Shown here: piece after piece, positions 49,248 to 60,700 of the stretch | Layout of the letters: each line of letters opens with the position of its first letter | Numbering within the stretch: position 1 is the stretch's first letter | Source of the DNA: an uncultured Pseudomonadales bacterium | GTDB lineage: Bacteria; Patescibacteriota; Microgenomatia; UBA1400; PJMF01 | Assembly: GCA_964620965.1 (NCBI GenBank) | Contig: CAZUHV010000003.1 | Span: 12,777-76,776 of the forward strand | Length of the DNA: 64,000 bases | Direction: 5' to 3' | Position numbers and translations under genes: made by a program | The notes under the pieces: model-generated | What the model was told of the DNA's origin: nothing | What the model saw: only the letters and a program-made list of their open reading frames with translations | Databases searched by the model: none

Positions 49248-50915
49248 ATGGCAAAAAAATTCTTAGCCGTACTATTTATTTTTCTTTCATTAATGGTAGC
49301 AACTACCAGAATTTCTTTTGCACAAACTCCTGGTGGAGAAATCACCAACGAGCCTTGGAAACCATCAACAGAATCTACAGAGTTCAAAAGCTATAGACAA
49401 GCTATTGAAAGCGATAACTGTATGACTCCTTCTTTAGAATGTCTTGTACATCAAGTTTTCAGATTTACCGCATTAGAATTTGTTAATTCTACTCTGTATA
49501 CAGAATTCAAACCACAGATTGGAACTCCTAGTGGTGGAGAGCCTGCTGTAGACTTAAACTCCCCAGAAAAAATCATCAGCTATTCTAATCAAGGATTTGT
49601 ACATGGTGCAGGTAGACTTATCGGAACAATGTACTCCTACCCTGCTGCAAACACGAAAACATATGTTGCAGACGTCATGAACTCAGCACACATTACTCCC
49701 AAAGCATATGCTCAAGGTTTAGGTTTTGCATCTCTTAATCCGATCCTTGAACTTTGGAAAGCATTTAGAAATATTGCATACATGTTTTTTATTGTCATAT
49801 TCATAATTATCGGTTTCATGATTATGTTCAGACAACGAATTGGTGGACAAGCAGCCATCACCGCACAACAAGCAATTCCAAGTATTATCATTAGTCTGAT
49901 ACTTGTCACATTTTCTTATGCCATTGCAGGATTACTTATAGACTTTATGTATCTACTCATGTTCTTAATTATTGGAATATTTGGAGAGACTCTTCCAGAT
50001 GGAAGCCAAAATTTAATAGATCTCAATATCAGACAATTGGCAGGTCAACTCTTTATTGGAGCCGACAATCCTGCTGAGAATATTGATTTGGTTACAAATT
50101 TGTTTACCAGTTTAATTGGATCAGAAAACCTCCTTACGCAAGGACTTGGCGTTATTGGAGGTCTTACTTTAACAGTGGTGCTAGCTATCGCTATTTTGAT
50201 CGGAACAGTTAAACTATTTTTTGAACTATTAAAATCATATGCAAGTGTTGTTTTAAGCGTAGTTACAGCTCCAGTTGTTTTAATGATGGGAGCAATTCCT
50301 GGAAAAAATCCAGTGGTTCCTTGGATAAAAGATCTTATTGGAAACCTACTTCCCTTTCCAACTATTTTGTTAGTTTTAGTAATTTTCTTTCAATTCAAAT
50401 CTGCAACAAGTGGAGACAATCTTGGTGGATTTATGCCTCCATATTTATTAGGTCGAGGTCAATCAGGAGCAATTACTAGTTTGATGGGATTAGCTATCAT
50501 CTTAGCCCTTCCAGAAATTGTCAAAGATGTTAAAAAAGGACTTGTGAGAGAAGGCTTTGGAACTATGGTCTTTAAAGCTGCTGCCGAATCTGCAAAACAA
50601 GGCTGGAAAGGTGGAGAAATCATTCCAGGTGTGGCAGCAACGAATACTGCAAACCTCCCATATGTTGGTAAATATATCGGAAGTGGAAAAAATATGCTCA
50701 GGTCTACTGCTGTTGCAACACCTACGGCAGCTGTTGGAGCTGGAACATTTGCAAAAAGCAGTGCTTCATGGCTTGCTGGTAAGGCCGTTAATAAAGCAAC
50801 TAGAGGAAGATATGGTTGGTCTCCTGAAAACCCACTTATTGATGCTAAAAACAGATCTAAAGCAACTTACGATTATCTAGCCAAAAAGACAAAGCTTAAA
50901 GAAGAAAAAAAATAG
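49248..50915 (+). CDS. VirB6/TrbL-like polytopic membrane protein
   Basis: Signal SFA|Q; W..FRNIAY...IGFMIMFR; LILVTFSYAIAG..ID; multiple TMs; IPG; Gly/Ala/Lys-rich tail. Confidence 0.7.
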   Translation: MAKKFLAVLFIFLSLMVATTRISFAQTPGGEITNEPWKPSTESTEFKSYRQAIESDNCMTPSLECLVHQVFRFTALEFVNSTLYTEFKPQIGTPSGGEPAVDLNSPEKIISYSNQGFVHGAGRLIGTMYSYPAANTKTYVADVMNSAHITPKAYAQGLGFASLNPILELWKAFRNIAYMFFIVIFIIIGFMIMFRQRIGGQAAITAQQAIPSIIISLILVTFSYAIAGLLIDFMYLLMFLIIGIFGETLPDGSQNLIDLNIRQLAGQLFIGADNPAENIDLVTNLFTSLIGSENLLTQGLGVIGGLTLTVVLAIAILIGTVKLFFELLKSYASVVLSVVTAPVVLMMGAIPGKNPVVPWIKDLIGNLLPFPTILLVLVIFFQFKSATSGDNLGGFMPPYLLGRGQSGAITSLMGLAIILALPEIVKDVKKGLVREGFGTMVFKAAAESAKQGWKGGEIIPGVAATNTANLPYVGKYIGSGKNMLRSTAVATPTAAVGAGTFAKSSASWLAGKAVNKATRGRYGWSPENPLIDAKNRSKATYDYLAKKTKLKEEKK

Positions 50916-51039
50916 TTCTTTAAGCCAGTAACTTGAAGTTATAGTCCTTCAGTTTTCCAATTCAAAAACATTGTGCGAAAAGGTCAAAACCTTTATCAAA
51001 AAAAACTTTTATTTGAGAAAAAAAATACTAAATTAAAGA

Positions 51040-54000
51040 TTACTTTTTTGCCTCTTCTGGCACACCATAAATAGACATTTGAATTTGTTTATCAAGAACT
51101 CTTGCCTTAAGTTTGTTTTGCATTTCAAACAATCTACGTTTAATTGAATTAGATCCAGTTCTAATAACTTGGTTAACTCCAAACTTAGGTTCTGTTCTAG
51201 CAATCCTGAGTGCTGCCGGATCCAATCTAGCATCATTAACTAGTGATAACATAGTTATTCCAAGCCCTTGTTTTATCGTAGCTCTTGGAATAAAATTAAG
51301 AATATAGTCTCTGATATCAGGCATTTCTGCTTTTTCTCTGGCAGAATCACTTAAAGCTTCAAAACTTGGCATCTTACCACCTCTAGGAAGTAACATTCCA
51401 ATATTTTTAACTTGGTCATGGCTTCCTGGTACTAAAGCTTTATAGTCTTGTTCTGCCTTTTTACCTGCTTGCATTTCTGCTTCTGTTAGAACATCTTTGC
51501 CAAAATAAAAGTCTTTTTTCTCTTCTGTCTGCATATAAGATGCTACTAATCCTCTGCTTACTTTATACATAGGAGGATTAGAGCCACGAACCTTAGAAAA
51601 TTTAGTTAAACCCATACCTGCCATATTAGCAGAATCTTCCTTCAAAATTCTTTGAATACCGTCTGTCAAGAATTTCTGTCCGGAATCTGTGTTGTCACAG
51701 ATTCTATAAATTTTATACATTTTATCTATATACATAATGATGTTTTGAGCAATATGATCCCACCTAAACCAGAACATAGCTGCTTTAAGAGGTGAAAAAG
51801 TATTTTGGATAATATCTTTAAGACCCTGTAAAAGTTCTGCTCTAAAGGCCTCTGGATCTTTTTTAGCTATTGCTTCAAAATCTAAACTACCACCAGGAAC
51901 ACCATCTGTTTTTAAAGCAAATTCTTTATATTTTTCAAAGCCAGTCCACCATGCTAAGAAACCAGTCTTTTTATTAGCATCTTGTCTTTGTCTACTTGCT
52001 AAGATAACAAAAGAATAAGCATCTGGATAAGCTGTTTCTATGTGGTCATAATAACTGTTTAAAGAACCTAATTTAACCCTATGTTTTCTAACTCCTCCAG
52101 AAATTGCTTTATTTACTAATCTTGTTAAATGTTGAGAAATCAAAATATTACTTACATTTTCAAAACTACCTGGAATTTTTCCAACAGTTGGATCAATAAT
52201 TCTATCTTCCAATCTTGTTCCATTTAAATATGTAATAATTGCTTGTTCATCAGTATTATCTTTTCCGAAGTTCTCCAAATCCCAATCTACTCGATAATAC
52301 AAAGATAATGGATGAGGCCTAATTCCTTTATAGCAAGCATAGTTGGCTGCTCCATAAGGATTTACAGCTTTCATCATATCTTGATAGTAAGCTATTCCTC
52401 CAGGAGGAGTTGCTCCTGTTGAGAATCTGGTATTAAAATTATGTAGACCAACACCTAAGGATGTTCCCATCCTCACAGCTAAAAATTGGATTATACGCCT
52501 TTGGTAAGCATCTGGGTCTTTTTCTTGTAAGAGATTTTTAACATCTTCTTTTGAGAATTCAACTGTTTCATCTTTACCCATAGAAAGAAATTCTTCTTCT
52601 CTTGCAATGTTGCAAACAATCTTCCCATCTTTTTCTGTAAAGAATTTTTGACTATTTTTACCATCACGATTCTTTCTCTTCAAAAGATCGTCGTATCTTT
52701 TTTCAAAGTTAACAAAATATTTCTTTAATGCAGCTTCATCAACACCACCTATAGACTTATCTTTTCTCAGGAAAGAATTTAGCTTTTGCTGAGCATCCCT
52801 TGCTTCTTGAGATCTTTCTCCTTTTTCCAAAACTGCTTGTTTATATGTAATATTTAAAATTAAATAATCTATAAATAAATTTATGAAGGCACTAAACTGT
52901 TCTTTTGTCTCACCACTATCTTTATGATCCCAACCATTTGGTAATAAAACTATCTCGAAATCATTCATCAAGAATGGTAATAAGAACATAATCACACGCA
53001 ATGTTCTAGAATGCTCAAAAACTAAATCTTTTCCTATTTCTTTTTCAAAATGAGTAAAAAAGTCGAAGGTGTTAGAAATATTATAGTCTTCATCTCCAGA
53101 TCTATCTGTTCCTCCAACGTCAGTTTGTTTTAATTCTTCATAGTTACAAGCAAGAGAGGCTATTCCTCCATTATTTGCCCTAATTCTTCCAAGATCATCA
53201 ATATATGTTGCCTGCAACATCATCAAGCCTTGAGAACCATATTTAATTCTCCAGTATTCAGCTTCTTCTGGAGATAAAAGATTCTCCAGAATTTTCTCAA
53301 ATCTCGTGAAAACCCCATGTGCTGAGTTATGTCTATCAGAGGCCTCAGCACGCGCAAATGGCAATATAAACTTCATAAAACCACTTGCTTCATGATTCAT
53401 TTTAGAATTTGATCTAAAAAAGTTAATCATTATTTTGTTTGACTGATTTATAAAAGCTTCTAATACAATTAGTAACTCTCTTCTACTTTCCGGACTTTTT
53501 CCTTTATCTTCAATTTTAGAAATCACTTCATCAAACATCTCTATATATAGGTTTAACCAAGTATCATCTTCCGGAAGTTCTGGTTTTCTAGAAAAATCTA
53601 AACCATGTATAACAGGTTCTTTACTTGTATCAACGCCTGTTGGAGTTGCTGGGGTTGTTCGTGCTTTCAATAGATCCCTAACATGTTGTAAATCAGCTCT
53701 GACACGAGCAATTTTATTTGAAATCATTTCGGCAAAAAGTTCTCTTGCTATTGTGACATTAACGTCTATAACTGTTGCAGATCTTTCGTAGAATTCTTTC
53801 CAGACAGGGTAGTATCTGCCTGAAGTAATTGCTGTGAGTAGGGCATCAAAATTAGCAACTTGGACATCACTGTGTGCAGAAGGAGTATTCTTAAATTGCT
53901 CAGCAAAAACAACCAATTTATCTAGTTGTTGAACAATTCTATTAAACTCCGCTTTTCTCTCAGGGGTATTTATACTAAATTTCTCATAAAGAGTCTGCAT

Positions 54001-54054
54001 CTCTGCATCACTATCATGATTAGCTAAACTTTCCTGTTGACCTGGTCTTACCAT
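51040..54054 (-). CDS. Large hypothetical soluble protein
   Basis: 1004-aa ORF with no motif recognised; extended -10 TGGTAAAAT 8 nt before the ATG. Confidence 0.8.
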   Translation of the reverse strand: MVRPGQQESLANHDSDAEMQTLYEKFSINTPERKAEFNRIVQQLDKLVVFAEQFKNTPSAHSDVQVANFDALLTAITSGRYYPVWKEFYERSATVIDVNVTIARELFAEMISNKIARVRADLQHVRDLLKARTTPATPTGVDTSKEPVIHGLDFSRKPELPEDDTWLNLYIEMFDEVISKIEDKGKSPESRRELLIVLEAFINQSNKIMINFFRSNSKMNHEASGFMKFILPFARAEASDRHNSAHGVFTRFEKILENLLSPEEAEYWRIKYGSQGLMMLQATYIDDLGRIRANNGGIASLACNYEELKQTDVGGTDRSGDEDYNISNTFDFFTHFEKEIGKDLVFEHSRTLRVIMFLLPFLMNDFEIVLLPNGWDHKDSGETKEQFSAFINLFIDYLILNITYKQAVLEKGERSQEARDAQQKLNSFLRKDKSIGGVDEAALKKYFVNFEKRYDDLLKRKNRDGKNSQKFFTEKDGKIVCNIAREEEFLSMGKDETVEFSKEDVKNLLQEKDPDAYQRRIIQFLAVRMGTSLGVGLHNFNTRFSTGATPPGGIAYYQDMMKAVNPYGAANYACYKGIRPHPLSLYYRVDWDLENFGKDNTDEQAIITYLNGTRLEDRIIDPTVGKIPGSFENVSNILISQHLTRLVNKAISGGVRKHRVKLGSLNSYYDHIETAYPDAYSFVILASRQRQDANKKTGFLAWWTGFEKYKEFALKTDGVPGGSLDFEAIAKKDPEAFRAELLQGLKDIIQNTFSPLKAAMFWFRWDHIAQNIIMYIDKMYKIYRICDNTDSGQKFLTDGIQRILKEDSANMAGMGLTKFSKVRGSNPPMYKVSRGLVASYMQTEEKKDFYFGKDVLTEAEMQAGKKAEQDYKALVPGSHDQVKNIGMLLPRGGKMPSFEALSDSAREKAEMPDIRDYILNFIPRATIKQGLGITMLSLVNDARLDPAALRIARTEPKFGVNQVIRTGSNSIKRRLFEMQNKLKARVLDKQIQMSIYGVPEEAKK

Positions 54055-54087
54055 ACCAAGTTATTTTACCACTAAACATAAAAATAA

Positions 54088-55296
54088 TTAAGCAGAAATT
54101 CCCCAAAATTTATCGAGTTGTTGACCATTGTTCATCATCTGCTCCATGAAAAAAGAAAAAGATGTCCCATCTAAAGTATATGAAGATCCATCATTAACAA
54201 GCTCAGTTGCAAAATTGAGTCTAAAATTCTTTATATTTTGCTCTCTTTGACTGCTATTTGTAAAAAGTTCTGCTACCATTTCCAAAAGGAATACTTTTAC
54301 TTCCTTTTTATCTGGATTTTCTTTAAGTTTAAAAAGCCTCTCACTATTTTTAGCTCCCCATTCTGGGTTAATTTTTCTAGCTGACTTTTCTAGAGCAGTT
54401 GCAACAACTCTTACATCCTTAAACATCTCTCTAAAAAATGGAAGAGGAATATTTTCTACTTGAACTCCGTCAACTTCTGTTGTCCCAAATTTAAGTCTTT
54501 GACCATCTCTACCTCTGGTGTGAATTGGATCAACCAAAAAAGCTAAAAATGTGTCAACACTACTCCCTTTATTTAAATCAATAAAAAAATCTATACTCTT
54601 ATCCGAAAATTCTAAGGCTTCTCTTAATTTCTTTTTTAATTTAGATGAGTCTTCTTCTGAGCCACCTCTTTCTTGAACTACTCCATCAATTTTGTCTTCT
54701 GCATCTTTTATTGTTTCTGACTGTAATGAATCTTTTAACTCAGAATTTCTTAAAAAAACTAAATCTTTTTTTTGCCTTAAATGCTCTAAAGCTCTTGCTG
54801 TTAACAATACTTCATCGGTTTTTTGAAAAACGGTATCTTCAATTCCGGAACCAGTTCCAGGCCCGAATTGATTTATTCCTCCAGATATATCTCCTATTAT
54901 TTGTTTAAAAGAGGCATAAATTTCATCAAAATCTGAAAAGGCTTGCTGCAATAAATCAGGATTTTGTTCTGACATAGTTACAACTTTTTCTAGAGCTACT
55001 TCTAAGGCCCCTTCTTTTTTTAGTAAATCTACTTTAGCTTTTTCTAACTTTGCTAAAAACTGTTCTTCTGTTAATTGAGTCTGTTCTGAATCTTGAGTCT
55101 CCCCAAGTTTATCTACCGAGTCTAACAACTCCTGCATTCCTGGACTTGGAGCTTTGGTATTTTGAGAAGAATCGTCAGAATCAGAATCTACTGTTTCATC
55201 ATTAACAACAACACCCTCTACATCTGCATCTGTTGCCTCAACTTGATCAACTGCTGCTTCTTTAATTTCTTCTGGCATTGGGATTGGTTCTTGCAT
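54088..55296 (-). CDS. Hypothetical acidic, helical protein
   Basis: 402-aa ORF; acidic low-complexity N-terminus, coiled-coil character. Confidence 0.8.
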   Translation of the reverse strand: MQEPIPMPEEIKEAAVDQVEATDADVEGVVVNDETVDSDSDDSSQNTKAPSPGMQELLDSVDKLGETQDSEQTQLTEEQFLAKLEKAKVDLLKKEGALEVALEKVVTMSEQNPDLLQQAFSDFDEIYASFKQIIGDISGGINQFGPGTGSGIEDTVFQKTDEVLLTARALEHLRQKKDLVFLRNSELKDSLQSETIKDAEDKIDGVVQERGGSEEDSSKLKKKLREALEFSDKSIDFFIDLNKGSSVDTFLAFLVDPIHTRGRDGQRLKFGTTEVDGVQVENIPLPFFREMFKDVRVVATALEKSARKINPEWGAKNSERLFKLKENPDKKEVKVFLLEMVAELFTNSSQREQNIKNFRLNFATELVNDGSSYTLDGTSFSFFMEQMMNNGQQLDKFWGISA

Positions 55297-55333
55297 ATAC
55301 CTTATTTATACAAAAATGATCAAACTTTTTCCA

Positions 55334-55363
55334 TTGCACTTTTTTGAGTATTTCTGATATAAC
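55334..55363 (+). promoter_or_regulatory. Putative sigma70 promoter upstream of the riboswitch-like RNA
   Basis: TTGCAC-18 nt-TATAAC with extended -10 TG; predicted start near 55370. Confidence 0.6.
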
Positions 55364-55369
55364 TATCTA

Positions 55370-55465
55370 ACAAATAATTGTGGAATCTAGTGTAATTCTA
55401 GAACTGTGCCGCAACGGTGATTTTAGATTGATAAATCTATAAAAAGTCCGATCTTCAATTTTTGT
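55370..55465 (+). ncRNA. Cobalamin (B12) riboswitch-like aptamer
   Basis: GGAA + TCTAG-tgtaatt-CTAGA (P4/T-loop) + ACTGTGCCGCAACGGTGA + short hairpin tagatt-gata-aatcta + B12-box-like AAGTCCGA; closed by acaaa-taattg / caatt-tttgt. Confidence 0.75.
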
Positions 55466-55527
55466 AAATGTTTTGAATAGATTCTGTTTTGTTCAAGCAT
55501 TTGTATAAATCAACGAGCATTGAACCC

Positions 55528-57711
55528 ATGTTGTATCAACAAACAGTACCAACTCAATCTCCAGAATCATTTTTTCAACCAAACTATATAGAAGGTTCTT
55601 TTTTAACACAAAAAATAAATACTACTCATAAAAAATTACTTGAACAAAGATTATTCTTTCAACAATTGTTGAAAGAACAATCAAAAATAAGAGCTAATAG
55701 AAAAAAAAACACCTTCACTTCAAAAAACTCAATCTGGGACACGGTCAAACTTGTAGATAGATTTGCAAAGACAGAATATCAGTCAACTCAAGCAAAAATA
55801 GACCTTTTAAAATTTGATGCAGATCATTTTGCTAGAGAAATGGCACTCGTTGAAACAATTACTCGGTTTTCATATTGGCATAGCATTAAAGAAGATGAAA
55901 CTTTTGGAGATGGATATTCAGAAGATTTGGGACTTATGCTCAACACATTTGCTCAGGACCTTTCAAAAAATGGATTCAATGCCTCTAGAGCAACAATTGA
56001 ATCTGTGTCATTTCAAAAAGCAAAGTACTTATTAACCCAAATTGCTTTATCCCAAAAAAATAGCGGAATACTTATCACAAGTTTTCCTGATGATAAAGAC
56101 TCCGGCTATCACGGAGTTGATTCAAAACAAAATTGGGATACTCCAGAAACTCATCATTCTTTTTTTTATTTGCTTCAAGTCGGAGAAACTAAACAAGACA
56201 AAACAGGAAAAATAACAGACTTTGAGATAAAAACAACTCAATATAGAGCTTGGCCCAATGCAAGACAAGCGGTTTCTTTACATGAACAATTAGGCCAGCC
56301 AATTCACAACTTTGATGCCCCTATTCCTAACTTACTTTTTGCTAACTTAATAGAACTAGATGAAAAAGCGCTACAAACAGTATTACAATCACAAAAAATT
56401 GTTCCCGATAAAACAGAATTACCAGTCGACTCACAAGAAAATAATCTAGAAAGCATTTTTAGAGAATTTTTATATAGCAACTCAAAAACACACGTAATTA
56501 ACCATACCCATATTCCAAAAGTAGACCAAGAGGCTTTTTGGGAGTTACAAAATACATACTTTACTGATTTTTATCTAACAGTTGCACTTCCAGTTTTTGA
56601 AGAAATTGATCAAATAAAGAAAAAAAATAAACAACTAGATAGAAGAACAATAAAACAGATTCAAGAAAAAATTGACTACTTAGATAAAGCTTTTTTTTAT
56701 TACTCAAAAATACTTTTAGGTTGGATAAAAATTAATAATACTAATCCAAACTACACCGATGCCTTTAAAGAAAAAAGCCAAACTAAAAAACTGATTGATC
56801 TTCAACAAAAACTGCTGCTCAGACTTCTTGGCCAAAAACAAACTACAAAAGTTCCTACTCCAAAAGAGCTCGTTACAGTTTTAGATATTGATCATCGTCT
56901 AGCAACAAAACAACCCGTTTCTAATGCAGAAAAAAAGAAACTATTAACTGTTTGGGGATTTTTTTCATTTGTTGGTAGATTTGGAAGTCTTCTACAATGT
57001 GGAGTCCTTACTCCTTTTACTATGCCTTTATCTATCTTAAAAAAAAGTGTTGGAATTAATAATAATTTGTCTGAATTCACGAATTCTATTCAATCAATTT
57101 CTGTTCCAGAAAAACAAGAATTCTTAAAACAAATTCAAAAAGAAGAGTATGTCGAACTTGACCTTACAGATGTAAAACCTGTTGGGGCTAAAAAAATATA
57201 TTCTGTTCCTAAAAGCTACCTAGAAGGAGCAGGTTGTATTGTTGATGAAAATGGAGATGTTTTGGGACCTTGTATGGAAACAGTTATAGAAAATGGAGTT
57301 GAAGTAAAAAAGAGAATTCCATTGGACGACCCAAGAGATACCTTAGCTTTTCCTATGCCATTGGCGGAATTTAAAATGTATATGCAAACACTACAACAAA
57401 ATATTCAACAGGCTTCTCTCTCTGAGATTGACCAGATCTTCACTGAAGGTGATTTTTCTGATAGCGAAAAAAGAGAAGTTCAAAAAACTATTAAAAAGCT
57501 CAGACAAAAACTAATTAAACAGTCGCTTGGTTTACAAGAATTTTTCACTGGGAATCTCACCAATGAGCTTTTTTATTCAAATAATAAGTGGCTCAAAGAA
57601 TTGATTCTAAAACTCTCTTTCTCACTCAACCCAGTAGAAACATTAATTACAGAAGTAGAGATGAAACTAAACGAATCAGACTCTCCCATAGAACAACTCA
57701 TTTCAGAATAA
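55528..57711 (+). CDS. Large hypothetical protein
   Basis: About 727-740-aa ORF (ATG 55528; in-frame TTG 55489 also possible); Gln/Lys-rich; no family recognised. Confidence 0.8.
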   Translation: MLYQQTVPTQSPESFFQPNYIEGSFLTQKINTTHKKLLEQRLFFQQLLKEQSKIRANRKKNTFTSKNSIWDTVKLVDRFAKTEYQSTQAKIDLLKFDADHFAREMALVETITRFSYWHSIKEDETFGDGYSEDLGLMLNTFAQDLSKNGFNASRATIESVSFQKAKYLLTQIALSQKNSGILITSFPDDKDSGYHGVDSKQNWDTPETHHSFFYLLQVGETKQDKTGKITDFEIKTTQYRAWPNARQAVSLHEQLGQPIHNFDAPIPNLLFANLIELDEKALQTVLQSQKIVPDKTELPVDSQENNLESIFREFLYSNSKTHVINHTHIPKVDQEAFWELQNTYFTDFYLTVALPVFEEIDQIKKKNKQLDRRTIKQIQEKIDYLDKAFFYYSKILLGWIKINNTNPNYTDAFKEKSQTKKLIDLQQKLLLRLLGQKQTTKVPTPKELVTVLDIDHRLATKQPVSNAEKKKLLTVWGFFSFVGRFGSLLQCGVLTPFTMPLSILKKSVGINNNLSEFTNSIQSISVPEKQEFLKQIQKEEYVELDLTDVKPVGAKKIYSVPKSYLEGAGCIVDENGDVLGPCMETVIENGVEVKKRIPLDDPRDTLAFPMPLAEFKMYMQTLQQNIQQASLSEIDQIFTEGDFSDSEKREVQKTIKKLRQKLIKQSLGLQEFFTGNLTNELFYSNNKWLKELILKLSFSLNPVETLITEVEMKLNESDSPIEQLISE

Positions 57712-57754
57712 AATTTACTGGAAAATCCGACTTAACTCAGGGTATAATTAGCAT

Positions 57755-60700
57755 GTGAGCGAACTAAAATCAAAAGGACTAGCAAGAAATTATCTTCAAA
57801 TAAAAAAACTTGATTCTAGTGTAAACATAAACACATACTATCAAGAAATAAAATACTTCCTTTTTGGTACAAGTGATTCTACTCCTATAGATATCAATAA
57901 CCTTCCAAAAGGAGGTATTAATGAATTCTTTACAAATGGATCTTTTATACCTACAGAAACCTCTTCTGTCAGACTAACTGTATCTGGTGAATCTGCAGCT
58001 TTGTATAAAATTCCAAACCTTAAAAATGCTGAGTTTGTTAGGACTTTAAATCCAACAGCTGACCCCTCAACCAAAAGAAACCCTGCCGAATATTTTTTTC
58101 CTAGCGATTTTGTTGCAATTTTAGTTGAACTTGCTCAAATATTTTATAAAAGTGGTTACAATGTTACAGGTCTAAAAGACTATGCTTTCACAAATCCTCA
58201 AGAATTTATTAAAAATTGGGGAAACCCTAATTCTGATGAATTTTTAAGAGCCGCCAGTGATGAAAAAGGCATCCCATTCTTTTATGAACTTTCATTTGAC
58301 AGCCACAAATCAGACCTTCAAAACTTACTAAACCAAGTTAATGAAGCGGCTCAACAGTTTGAAAACAAAAAAGAAAAACCAGATCTTTCGGAATTTTTAG
58401 TACAAACTGAAGTTGAAAACCTTATATTAAAAGACTTTTCAAAACAAGCATTTACTCTCTTTATAGAAAAAACTCCAGAATACTTAAAAAAAACAGCTGA
58501 ATATGAAGAAAAAATAAAGCCAATTCTTGAGGCAGATGAAAACAAGATTAAAAACTCTGTTGAAGAAATTCAAGAAAAAAGTGAAGAGAAAATCGAAAAA
58601 CTAGTTTCACAAACAAAATCTGACTTTTTTAGAGATTTGTTTGGAAAACAAGAAACCTTAGATAAGTTCAGAGATCTTGGAAATTTTGATCCAGATTCAA
58701 AATATTTTCTTTTTGAAACACGGACACAACCTCTTCAAGTAGGTATAAAAGAAACAGAAATTTACAAGGATTTTATAAAAGTTTCTCTTGAAACATTCTT
58801 AGAAAAGAATCATGAAGAACTTCTAAAAGAATTTATACTTCCACTATTTAAAACAGAAGAAACTGAACCTGAACCTTCTCCGGAAACTAAAGATGAAGGT
58901 GGTGAAGCAATAGTCGAGGAAATTAAATTTGATAGTCCAATCGATGAAGAGACTTTCAAGAAAAAAATTTTAGAAGACGTCACAAAAGCCCTTATCAAAA
59001 AATTTGATGAAGAATTTTGTCCTCAATACAAACAGAACTTCTTAGAAAAAAAAGACAAACTTGCTGGAAACTACCTGGAAGAAGTTACTAAAGAGCTCCA
59101 TAAACAAGTTCAAGAAAAAGTTGTTGGGAATCTTGAAATTGGCGAAGAGGATTTACAAAAACTCACCGAAAATCCAGAAAAGATTTTATATTCTGAAGGA
59201 AACTTTAATCCTGAAATTTTAGAATCAGAATGGTACCAAGAATTAATACAACAAAGCATTGATTATATAGAAGGGCTTCCTTCTCCTGATTCATCATATT
59301 CAAGCTACTTTTCATATTTGTTTGAAACTCATATTCAACCTTTCCTAACAGAAATTGAACAAAAAGAAAAACCAGAAGAACCTCCACAACCTACCCAAGC
59401 AGAACCAGAAGATTTTACTAGTGGCGTTATTCCTCCTGTAATTCCAGTCTCTACTGATACTTCTCCAACCAAGACCATAGAAACTCAGTCAGAACAAATA
59501 AACACCCTCACTCAAGAACAAATTAAAACCTTACAATACGAATCTGCATGGATGTATAACCGTGCTGTGTACGAGCTGTACACCTCAAAAGGTGTAAAAA
59601 TCGAAGATATTCCTCAAGATGAACTTAATAACTTACAATCTAGCATTTTTTCATACCTTTCAGGAATGCAGTCAACTGAAGGAAGCGACTTTAATAAACT
59701 TTTTGGTAGTGCTTCAGCTCGTCAAAAAGCACTCATGGAGTTTTATACAAAAAACTCTACATTTATCACACAAATTAACGGTGGACTTATTTCTAAGTTT
59801 ATTGACGCCGAAGCATTACTTTCTGTTGGAATCAAAGATTCTATAAAACTTGATAGTAAAGTTCTTACAGATAATATAAAAAACACTGTTGATAGCTTAA
59901 TTGTCCAATATGGACTCAATCAAGATTTTTATGCAATAGATACAACATCAGATCCAAATAACATAAAAGTTCAAAAATTTTCTGGAGATAATCCCCACGA
60001 TATTATTTGGTTTTTAGATTCTATTCCTCCAGAAAGATTAGCTCTTATTTTTAATATCCCTCCAGGTGTATTAAAAAATGAAGACATAATAAAACAACTG
60101 AGAGAAGTTTTAAAATCATACGCCAGATATAGAGGAAGTGAACTTTCTCTTCATATACAAAATACAACCTTACAAAAAGGTTTAACCGTAATTAGTGCCG
60201 AAGACGCAGAAAAAATAAAAAATGGTGATGAAAAAACAATTACCAAGCATTTAAGTTTTACAAATGATATTAGAAGTATGACTAAAGCCAATGGAGGCGA
60301 AGTCGTTGTTGGAGCGTTGGATCATAAATCTGGTGAAACAGACCCTAAAAGATCTGGTCATAAAAAAGAAATTCAAAAACAATTTAAAACGTTTCTCCCT
60401 TTATGGGGACAACTTACAGGACTTGAACAAGCAGAAGTTTATAAAAATTTTGGTCTTGCGATTCCTGCTGAATATTTAACTAATGGAAAACCAGATAAAA
60501 AAAAGCTTGAAGTAGCTCAATTAGAGTTTATTCAAGAATTTATATTCTTTGATGTAAGTAAACTTGGCAATATTAAACAAATAATTAAAAGAAAAAATGC
60601 AGATGAAGCATTGCAATTAAAACTCCTAGAAATTGCTGAAATACAAAATCAGCTTGTAAGAGAAAGAGAGTTAGCAAAACTTTTAAATGCTGAATTCTAT

